From Negaprion brevirostris (lineage: Eukaryota), in the NCBI GenBank assembly GCA_030324005.1, contig JARDVH010000001.1:74755414-74819413 (forward strand): DNA of 64,000 bases, given 5' to 3'. Below the pieces are notes generated by a model. It was not told where the DNA came from, made no database searches, and was given only the letters and a program-made list of their open reading frames with translations. Within the stretch, counting starts at the first letter, position 1. Every line of letters starts with the position of its first letter. This document shows positions 31,573 to 64,000 of the stretch, piece by piece. The position numbers were made by a program, and so were the translations under genes.

Positions 31573-34500
31573 TACAAACACCAGGAAAACACATTGCTTT
31601 TCTTCAGGAATCAAGTTAACTCTTGTCACTGAGTGAGGAGGTCCTGAAATTAAGCCAAATTTCTTAGTCTTGATCTTATAATCTAAGAATGAAATTTCAG
31701 TTCAATAGCAAGTGAATGCTGCATTATCAGAAATGCATCATTCAGATGAGACACTGAAAGCAGTTACCTTGGCAATTGTACCTGAGAATGCTTACTCATC
31801 AGTGTTAAGTATAGGCTATAGGAGTGGAAAACTATGATTTCTAGCACTGCCACTAAGGGGAGGTAGATTTCCTGTGCCTACCTTAGGAGCAGGCTAAGCA
31901 ATTTAAATGCAGAAGGAGAAAAGCATTCCCTTTCTACACACCCCTTGGCACTGTATTGTGGCAACTTTTTTGAAGGGAGCTCTGAATAAGTGTATTTTAA
32001 CTGTATGCTCAGGCAAGAGCTATGAAGGATTAACTAAGTCACTTTTCTTGATGTATGGTCAGTAAGTTAGGGTTTAATTTTGGAGGCCTTTGTCCTGTGA
32101 TTTTTGGAAAACAACTAGAAGGACAAGGATGTAAGAATGGAAATATACCAGTCAGCCCTTCCAAGCTGTTCTAGCATGCAATGATATAGCTTTTTGTTAC
32201 TCTTTCACCCAACACAAACATCACTGGAAAGGTCAGCATTTTGGAAGATGCTGTTGAAGAAGGCTTGATGAGTTGTTCTAGTGCATGAAAGGGGAGCAAG
32301 TAAATTTCAAACATAACTGGGAGTTTGGAGGTGGGGGGAGCCGGAGTCAGAACAGGATGAGACCTGGGGACTCAAAGTCAGATCCAGTGGTGGAGCAGGG
32401 GGAGGGGGTGTGGGGGGATTGGCAACTTAAGACATGGCACCTATAATGGAGCAATGAACATTAGTGGGGATGATCTTACAAAAACAGTTCTAAGAATGAA
32501 AATGGGAGAGTTTCTGATTTTTTTTTGGGTGAGTCAAAATCTGCAATCTTACTTACTTAGAGTAAAAAAAAACAAAAGCCTTTTCTCACCTGCAGGGGAG
32601 GGGGCAGGGCTTAAATTGCTCAAATGCAGGCTGGGAGCTGCAGAGGTGCACATGTGCAGGTCCCTCTGCTGCTCTCGGCCAGCCTCCATGTCTAAAGCAG
32701 GCCCCCAGCTCCTGTGGATGCCTACAGCCTATCACAACCACACCCCCACCCACTCGCCTGGCCCTGAACAATCTATCCCTCCCTTTGGGCACGACCTTTA
32801 TTTCTTAGCTCTCACGTGATCTTATTGTCTTGTCCCACCCATTGAGTGGTGGGACTCAATGGTAAGATTGGGCCCTAGGGCTTCAGAAGAGAATGAGGGA
32901 TACACGAGCTTTCAAGCAGACTTGCAGACAGCCTGGGTCAGCCCAGGAGTGGATTTGTGCCAGGGTAGGAGTTTGTTATTCCAACGACATGGTCCATCAA
33001 ATTCTGATGCGCTTTGTTTAAAGAGGCAGATTTTTCAAAGGTTCTGCCTGCCCCATGAGGTTTGTTTATTTTCCACATCTTTATGCTCTCAAAGAGCGCA
33101 TGTCAAAAAACGGAATAGAATGGTTAGTCTCAAACAGTGGAAAGGCTGGTGCCAAAATGTTGCCAGGACCTGTACAATCAGCAACTCTAGTCAAGCGATT
33201 TGGCTAGGGCGGTAGGGAGGATGGGAAGTAGCATTGTCTACCACCAGCTATTAGGCATCAACAAAGACAGGGATCTGTATTGCAGCACCATGACCATTGC
33301 AATGAGACAGATGAAACTCTTTATTTGTCTGCTTGTCAGTGGATTTAATCATGTTGAATATCAGAGGGTAAACAGTCTTTGGTAGATTGGAGCATAGAGT
33401 CTCCATGGCACCAGTTAAAATATTGATAGAAGATAAGCCTGGGCTCTCCAACCTCACTGGGATTTTAGGACATGTTAAGGCCTTAAAGTGGCCACATGAT
33501 AAACTGCAGATTGTTATTCAGGCAGGTATTACACAGATGCAGGTTGTGTGCAAACGGAGGCACAATCTCAAATGACTCCCACAAAGTGCTGCTGCTGATT
33601 CACTAAAAAAAAAACAACCAACTCCAGAGACATCTGAATCTGAAGAAAGATCCCCACTGGCCAGCAGTTTGCAGCTCCTGTAATTCCATCTGCTCTCTCA
33701 CAACCCTACTTCCACACAATATTTCACCAGTAATGCAAAGGGAAACTGGGCACTAGATTAAGCTGCAAAATTGGCTGTTATCTCTTCCTCTTGGACAGTT
33801 AAGGAGGTACTTGAAGTTGCTTAAAACACCTGTTAGAACTTAACTGTACACATGCAAGTGATTAAATGATTGATTAAACTAAGAGATAAGCAATGAAAAG
33901 CATAAGGGAGCGAGCCATTAGCTCAGTGGAGATACAAGATTTCACCTGGCCTCATTTCCTTTATTGAACAATGACCATACTCTTCATGGTCTTTTCATCA
34001 TAAGATGTCCAACATGACCTTTCCCTTCTCTGCAATAGTTGCCTCCTTTTAGAAACATAAGGAGCATTACTTGAAAGGAAAAAGACCAAAGTCATACAAT
34101 TATCTTCTAATATCTTGACAGTTAAGTAATTATCAAATTATCTTGATAATAAAAAAAATCACTGGCTCTTGTGACACTAGGGTGCCTGTAGGAGGTGTTT
34201 TTTCTAAAAATCACATTCTCTGCAGTTGTAAGCAGATCTTTTTAGAGTTTTTTCCTCATTGTTTCTGGGCCATCTGCAAGAAGTCCTTTTATTGCTACTT
34301 CAATGGCTTAAATGGGTCTTGTTTATTTTTACTCTGGGATCCTTCATGACTTTGCATTGTGAGAGGAAGATTGATTGACAAGTCAAAGTCAGGTGGTTCC
34401 TCCTCAGGAAAAAAAATCTGAGGATTCATTTTCAGTTTTGGTTAATAAAGGTGGAAAGCAGTGTTTCTCTCTCTCCCTCTTTGGAAACTCCACTGTTAGC

Positions 34501-35398
34501 TGGAAGCAATGTTTCTGGCATTGGAAATCTGCTGTTGGTGGTTGGCTTTACCAGAGTCTCTCTCCCTGGTATTTTGAGAAGCTGTTCTGACTCCAAGTTT
34601 GTCTGTGCGTGCCTCAAGAGAACATTCAAACAAAGAACTAAATTCCAGTATCGTATGAGCATTAGTCTTTGCTTTGTTAAACCTGTGGCAAAGGTTTTGT
34701 TTATGGGATTTGTTCCATTGCAACGGTGTTTAGTTGTTAAGATTTATACAATGTCATGGTTTTGTTTGTAATTGGTAAAAAAAATACTAATTTTCTTTCT
34801 ATAAATGTTAATTGTATGTTTAAATAAACATTGTTTGATTAAAACTTATGATCCAGGCAGATTTCATAATACACTTTGGAATTTTTGGCCTGAATTATAA
34901 CACCCTATGTGAAAGAAATTTGGAAAGCCTCAAGCCAATGTTTACAAAGTTTTGTATACAGGTTGATTCAAACAGTTACCTATTCACAATCATGCTTTGA
35001 GGGACCAGGGGATGAATGGGTCATGGTATTTTATAATCACTAAGTCACATTCAACAGTCACTGAAACATTTGAAATTGACCTTAGTGCCCAAAATGAAAT
35101 TTAAAAATTGACCAATTCTGCACCCTGATGATACTCAAAGTAATGTAAATGTATAAAATCGCCAAGCCATTGTTACTGAATGAAAACAAAACGTCCAACA
35201 AAAAGGAGATACAAAAGAGAATTTGCTCACTTTAGGGTCAAAGTACATATTAAGAAAAAGGAATATTAAGTGCAAGCGATTCTCTGTAACAAAACTGCTG
35301 ATTTCTGTTTCCATTAAAGCCAAGATAATCAAAAATTAAGAAAATCAAAAAAAATTCCGTTAAGCAAATGTTTGCATCTCAAACGCGAGAACAGATCT

Positions 35399-35404
35399 TT
35401 TATT
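35399..35404 (-). terminator. Candidate polyadenylation signal of the NIPAL1-like gene
   Basis: TTTATT on the + strand ~640 nt past the stop codon in AT-rich UTR-like sequence; a second candidate is at 35528-35533. Confidence 0.35.
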
Positions 35405-36044
35405 AGTAAAAATTTATGAAGCTATATGCAAACTCAATACACTGAGTTTAACCCATTCACCAAGGAGTATGATGTTCTCTGTAAAGCTTCAATTACATAT
35501 AAGCATTAATATCAAATGCCAAATAATTTTATTCACAGCATGCAATAACTTAGTTTAAAAAAGTACTGTCACAATATTTTAAAAAGCCTATATATTACAG
35601 TATATTTGCATTCCAGATTTTAATCTTTACACTGGCATGAATCATTTTAATTGTGCTTGTTATTATGCACAAGAATTCCATTATCCAAAGACAGAATATT
35701 CTATTTGCTCTCATCATGTGAATCCTCAAATTAAAACAGTTTACTACTAAGAAGTTAAAATGCTTTCAAGTTATGTGATCATGTAACATGTTTCTCTTCA
35801 TTGCATCGTTCTGCTTAGTTGGGATTACTGGCTAACCCATTTTAGTGCAAAAAACAATTTTGAATAATGAGTAATAAACTGCAAAATCTGTAACTGAATA
35901 CAATACATCTAAGAATTATGTCCTTTTGATAGCAGACTGAAGATGTTGGCATCCTTTAAATGCATTGATGGTATACAATGTTTCTGCTGAACTCGATTTT
36001 CCAATAAGTGACTATCACTTGGAACATTATGCAAGTTTTTCTAG

Positions 36045-57877
<21,833 letters not shown>

Positions 57878-59334
57878 CTGCAAAATTATAGAACAATCAG
57901 AATGATGGACTGAATTTGAGCCCATGTTTGCCCTGACAGCTGCTGTCAGTGGGAACACCAAATGTTAGTGATTTCCATCCCACTAATGCTCACTGCATTT
58001 GTTAAGGATCGTTAACTTTAATCTCTTCACTGTAAATTTACCTTGGACACAAAACATTGGTCGAGAGACAAGCCAGCACAAGTTATAGATTATAAAAATA
58101 TAGATTTTCTCTTCGGACCAGGATTTTGAAATATTAAGAAAACCACCTTTGAGAAACTCAAAGTTTTTCAAAAGTCCATAAAACAAATGTTATTTTCTTA
58201 AAATAGTATTTAAAATACCACTGCAAAATGAGTAAATATTTGAAGGAATATAAAGTTATATAAAATTATGAACTGTGTTGATATTTTAATTTTAAATACT
58301 GACAAGTCAGAAAATTATACCAAAGTTTATTTATTACTTACACAGTACATAAAATTGGTCAATTCATTGATTGTAGTTATTTGACTTATAATTCCAGGTG
58401 CAACCAGCAGAAGAGATAATTAAGTTGCCAAAGTGGTGTTGGAATTTGGACCAAAGAACCTTATCAATTAATGTTCAACTTAAAACTGCATGCACACGAC
58501 TGTCAAATTTCTATGACTTTTCTTTAATTCACTGATGTGGGCCTTTATTGCTTCAGAGCAAAACATGAGGGGGGAAAGAACAGAAAAATATCAAAATCGT
58601 ATTAGAAAGAAGAATGTAAAACAACCTTCTTCCGTACGTTGCATTATTTCCATTTCTGTATTACCAGTCAAATTCTTGTATTTGCAGAAAACAATTTTAA
58701 AAAGTCAAAGCTTTTATATTTTTAGCTGCTGAATCCAAATGACAAACTGGATTGCATAGCTGGACACTACACAAATTACTAAATAGCAATCTGCTGCAAC
58801 TAATGTTCTCTTGTCAGTGTTGGCAAAATCATATTAGCTATCCATCTTCATTACTTCATTATGTTAGTCAATCTGGATCCAAGTCCTTCAAATGACAAAT
58901 ACTTTTCATTTATTTGTGATATTTGTTCCAAATTGTAATGTAAGCATTAACAGTCCACTAATGAAACAATGAGACCAAATATATACAGCCACTTCATTTC
59001 ACATAGAAAACAAGAATTACTTTTACATTGTGCTTCATCACATCTCTCAAAGTTTACACTGTTATTTGCAATCAGATGAAACATAAACCAATGTTTTTGG
59101 GCATGTTGTACATAAGGAGAATATCAACAAGGAGACCCAGGGAACTCCCTGCTTCCTACAGTGTCATTATATCTTTTTACATACACTTATTCTCCAGGTG
59201 TGCTTTGTATCAAGGCTTGTTGCTTAGTCTATTAGGAAGGATAAGGGCATATGAAGGGTGATGTTGCAGCCAGCACTCTGTAAGGTTAAGGGCTCCCTGT
59301 ACATGGGTGAAGTTATCATCATTTGCTTAGATCA

Positions 59335-59532
59335 GCTGTCAGTCTGCGTGGATTTCCTCCTAAACTCCAAAGATGTGTGGGTTAGGTTATTGGCTATGCT
59401 AAATTGTTCCTTAGTGTTGGGGGGATTGGTGGGTAAAATATTGGGGTTACAGGGATAGGGCCTGGATTGGATAGTTGTTGGTGCAGGTTCAATGGGGTGA
59501 ATGGCCTCCTTCTGCACTGTGGGTATTCTATA
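59335..59532 (+). mobile_element. HE1-type SINE 3' half (tail type A)
   Basis: ccaaagatgtgtgggttagg...atggcctccttctgcactgtgggtattcta. Confidence 0.75.
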
Positions 59533-60459
59533 ATTCTAACAGAAACCATTGCATCTATTTCTAGATTTCTTTGCAAATGCACATTCCAGAAGAAGATGGT
59601 CTTTTCCACACTGTATTAGCCTCAGACAGTGTTCAGCGGTCGTGAGACACAGGATTCTCCTGACCGGAGAGCCTTTCTCACCATCAGACAGCAACATCTC
59701 TTTGGTTGTTTGAAAATTCTACCTGATGTCTGAGACCCTTCTGGGATCTTCTTCGTCCTCGATATCCTACAGATATCTTTTCAGAGACAAGTGGCATGGA
59801 TCATCAGAATGTAACATTCTACAAAAAAAAATGGGGCCAGAGCTATCCTGGGACAGATCAAACTTTAATGCATAGTGACATTTCTTGTTTATCTACTAAG
59901 GATTTATGTATAGCTTGATGCAGCTGCACAGAAAACTGACCATCAGGATGAGTGATATTGAGTAGGTTTTCTCCTCTTATCTGATATCTTATATGTGGTC
60001 CATTTGATCTCCAGATAAAATAGAAGCCAGTTCTGGTGATTAGCACTGTGTAGATAAAAGGTCAGGGACAAATCTGCCTCATGTACAGCAAGACTGAACT
60101 GAGAGCACACATCCACCTGATGATCTGGTTCTTAACTCTTAATGGAGATGGGACATTGCACCCACTATTCCTAGTTTCTGCTTTAATTAAGCTATATGCT
60201 GCTCAGCAATCTAGTCACTGTCCTGACCCCTCTGAATCATAGCAGAGATCAGCAATGATCTTACCGAATGGCAAAGCAGGCTCAAAGGGCAGAATTTGCC
60301 TACTCCTGCTCCTAATTCCTATGTTCCCTATGTTCCTATGTTCCAATTTCAGTAAAAGACTTTCTTTGGTCTGCTTGAAACTTATTGGTCTTCCAGTGCA
60401 AAGAGCTAATCATGACCCAGTATTGTAGAGTGGCATATTCCAAGGTCCAGGACAACCAG

Positions 60460-61200
60460 ATAAGGAGAATGAATAAATGCAAGAAGGTGAAATTTAATTC
60501 AGGGAAATGCGAAGTGATACATTTTGAAGAGCGAGCAAATAGATGCAATATAAAAGTTACAATTCTAAACAGAGGGCCGAAACAGACAGAACTGGGGATA
60601 TAGGAGAACAAATTGCTGAAGGTGGTGGGGGAGTTTGCAAAAGTGGTTAATGAGACACATGGGATCCTGGGTTTGATAAGTTGAGACTGATTACAATAGC
60701 AAGGCAGTTATGCTGATTCTTTGTACAAGTCTGGTTTGGCCTCAGCTGCAGTATCATGTCCAGTTCTGGGCACTATTTTATGAAGGACATGAATGCTTTG
60801 ATGAGCTTGCAGAAACGATTTCAGGAAATGGTTTCAAGGATTCGAGACTTCAGCTTCTTCAGTGAGGCTCGATACAGGTATTCAAAATTATGGAGGGGTC
60901 TGGCAGAGTAGAAAGAAAGAAATAGTTCTCATTGTCAGTATTAAGAAACAGAGGAGGCCGATTTACGGTGATTTTCAAAAGAACCAATTACAATACGAGA
61001 AAAAAGCATTTTATTCTGGAAAGCATTACCTCAGTGGATGCAGATTCAATGTGATTTCCAAACGATAACTGGATAAGCACCTAAAGAGAAAAAAATCTGT
61101 AGGGTTATAGGGAAAAGTAGGGACTGTGTGAATTGCTCTGAATGCTGGCATGGACATGATGGGCTGAATGGCCACTCTTTGCTCTGTAACCATTCTATGT
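60460..61200 (+). mobile_element. Decayed CR1-type LINE 3' part
   Basis: KFNSGKCEVIHF and V.PQLQY.VQFWA remnants; tail gatgggctgaatggcc...ttctatg. Confidence 0.7.
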
Positions 61201-62361
61201 GCTGAAGGATGCACTGATGTTTGGTGTAGGCATCATAAACAGCACAGTTTATGGCCCTCCTGTCATTGTGCACACAGTAGCTGAAGTGAGTTGAAAACCC
61301 GTTGGGCTATATGTATCAGGAAATGTTTAATGTAATGCAAATGGAGATGTAATCTGCACTGTCAATTGAGAGGGACATCTTAACTCATCTAGTCGGCCTT
61401 GCCGTCATTTTGTGAGCTGTGACAATTGGACTGCACCATTACATATTATGGATAAAGTCTGTTTTTTGAAAAAAAGCAAAGAAAATGGCATTGGTTTTAT
61501 ATCTTATTTTTAAAGTTAAGCAACACATCAAGACTGCGTTGGACTATCAGCTGTAGATTATGTGCTGAGGTACTTGAACCTCAATCTTTGACTCAGGCAG
61601 AAGAAGTGCTGCCACTGACCACAGCTAACAGGAAAGACGTCAGAATGAGTGGAGTGCATGAAGAGGAAGTACTCAAACCTTGAATATTATGTACATGAAA
61701 TATATATATGGATATATTGTTTTGTCACAGATGGCACAAAATAGAAAAGTTTAATGTTGCACCGAGTTAAGCTGCACTGATCTTTGGTTAATAAAGGAAC
61801 TGCCAATGAACAAACTGAAATAAAAACCTCAACCTCATGCTCTGCTCTCTATTCCCTGCTTCCCCACTCCACCTCACCATAAAAGGCAGAGAAGGATTGG
61901 AGAAGGGGAGAAAATCTTTCAATCTAACCTCAAACCTACCAATTCCTGGCTCCTGTCATAATAACGGCTGTTATTCAGGTCATCAATGAGATTCCTGTGA
62001 AAGGCTGTCAGTGGCCTACTTAAAATTTTAAGTTACAACACAATGATGCTATCAGTGTCATGCTGTAATAGGGTGTGATACTGTCTGCAGAACCACTGCA
62101 CAAGAGCAGACTGGCCAAAAGAAATCAATATAAACGTTAATACATTTCTTTCTCTCCTATGGACTAGAAAGAGCAGAAATACATAATCCCTGAGGCATCT
62201 CAATAAGCCCTGAACCTTCTCCAATTAAGGCAACATCCAACCTCAGCCTCTCGGATCTTGAAATGCCAGGATTCCCACATACCCTCAGCTGCAGTTTCTT
62301 GCTGTATAATTCTGGCTGTGAATCTCGCCAGATATCAGACACCAGGAACTTTTACTTATGG

Positions 62362-62640
62362 TGACTCAGTAGTTAGCACTGCTGCCTCACAGCACCATGG
62401 ACCGAGGTTCAATTCCCAGCTTGGGTCACTGTCTGTGCAGAGTTTGCACATTCTCCTTGTGTCTGTGTGGGTTTCCTCCCACAGTCCAAAAGCCATACTG
62501 GTTAGGTGCGTTGGCCATGAAAATTCTCCATCAGTGTACCCAAACAGGTGCCACAGTGCAGCGACTAGGGGATTTTTCACAGTAGCTTCATTGTAATGTT
62601 AATTTAAGCCTTACTTGTGACATCACTAAAATAAATTTAT
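62362..62640 (+). mobile_element. HE1-type SINE (tail type B)
   Basis: gttagcactgctgcctcacagc head to cttgtgacatcactaaaataaa tail. Confidence 0.8.
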
Positions 62641-63564
62641 ATTGGCAGGGTTTTCATTTCGCTGAATTTGTGCACTTTTTCTCATGCCCTCGCCCACTCC
62701 CTGTAAATATCAAGGTCAAGATGTTAGTACAACATAAAGTATCAGAATTCACTGGATACAGTAAACTGCTGATAACATCCAGGCTGATCAGTACTGACAA
62801 ACTGCACGTCACAACTAGCCAAGCTACTCCAGTGCAGTTGTAATGCTGGAAACTACGCAATAATGTGGAGCATTGCTGGGTGTGTCTCACCACTAAAAAC
62901 AGGTAATTCAAGCATGATAATAGACTCCCCTGCTGTCATCAGTAAAGCAATGCCAGGAGTCATCAATTGTGACCATGTAAATATTTAAGAATGGGCCGGA
63001 TAGGTGGTTGAAAGTGAAGAGGAATCAAAGGACACAAGAACAAATTGATGGGATTAGGATTACAGCTCATGTGAAAGAAAATGGCAGAATGTACTATTTG
63101 GGACAAGTGGTCTGTATCCATATTGTAATTTAATTGTAGTCATTAAAATCTGGGTATTATACCACAGGTGGAATTTGCCTTTGTGGAGACCAAATCTGAT
63201 GATGGGAGGGATGGTCAGCATGATTTCTGCTGGTGGAGGGGTAGGTAACACACACAATCATCATCTTCTGCACTAGTTAATTATGCATCCCCGAGGAACT
63301 CAGTGAATTGTGTGGCTGGGGGCAGGAAGTCACCCACCACACCATTAACTCACGGTGTTGAAGGTCCACGCAGCATACATAAGGCAGCATCCGGTCAGAC
63401 ATTCACTACAGGCCAGGAGCTCCGTATTACTCACCCAGAGTTCCTGAGGCTGTAGCTCACACTGGAGAAGCTGGCAGATGTGAGTCACCCAGGGCTAATG
63501 ACAGCACCCTCAACACTGCCTCTTGCTTATCTCTAGATAAACGAGACACTGGCAATACTTCCAA

Positions 63565-63700
63565 GATGTAGAGATGCCAGCGTTGGACTGGAGTAAACAC
63601 AGTAAGAAGTCTCACAACACCAGATTAGAGTCCAACCAGTTTATTTGATAGTAATTTTACAAGCTTTTGGAAATGGTGTTCCTTTGTCAGGTGTGTGGAA
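63565..63700 (-). mobile_element. Penelope-like terminal repeat copy with a decayed hammerhead-like core
   Basis: gatgtagagatgccagcgttggactggagtaaacacagtaagaagtctcacaacaccag; the - strand reads CTGACAAaggaacaccatttccAAAAgcttg. Confidence 0.65.
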
Positions 63701-64000
63701 AGTTCCCTTTAAAAAGGTGTCCCTTTATTCAACCACTTGTGTTGACCACGACCTCCACCCACCCAAAAGACCCTCCTCCCATCAAGAGATTTCACTGACT
63801 GACCAACTGCATCAAGCCTAGTTTGGAAAAACGTTGCATGTCACCTTTCAAACTCACTCCACCACCCCTACACCCCATCATTACCATTCCTCTCAATGGT
63901 TTTCCTGAACCTCCAGCAGTTGCCTGAAACTTATCACAATCCACCTTCACTTACTTTTCCTTCCCACAGAAAAAAAATGCCCATTACCATCTTCATGCCA

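Noticed and set aside
32454-33575. Series of + strand ORFs of 60-120 aa in the intergenic region
   Set aside because: No domain motifs, no consistent splice signals, and lengths compatible with chance ORFs.
34170-34850. Possible LTR-like segment (also ~37600-38150)
   Set aside because: No clear TG..CA ends, TSD or second copy is visible, so it cannot be supported without a repeat library.

Overview
Vertebrate genomic DNA, very likely from a shark or other elasmobranch given the dense HE1-type tRNA/V-SINEs, CR1 LINEs and Penelope-like repeats. It comes from a gapped scaffold with many N runs. Two spliced genes converge tail-to-tail. On the + strand are the last nine coding exons of a Tec-family tyrosine kinase, best matching TXK (SH2 through kinase C-terminus, 231-19616). 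On the - strand are the last four coding exons of a NIPA-family Mg2+ transporter, best matching NIPAL1 (57877-36045). Most ORFs in the supplied track are spurious or come from repeats. The main surprise is not in the ORF track: an intact 225-nt exon (55375-55599, + strand, AG/GT splice sites) encoding the catalytic GSS...DLD core of mitochondrial poly(A) polymerase (MTPAP). It lies antisense inside a NIPAL1 intron, and I saw no other MTPAP exon in the window. Other notable items are short fold-back Penelope-derived elements with hammerhead-ribozyme-like cores and target-site duplications, a ~690-bp TA-flanked element with ~200-bp inverted arms, and a SINE abutting a NIPAL1 splice donor. Exon coordinates were read from splice sites; repeat boundaries are approximate; all homology calls come from recalled sequences, not database searches.
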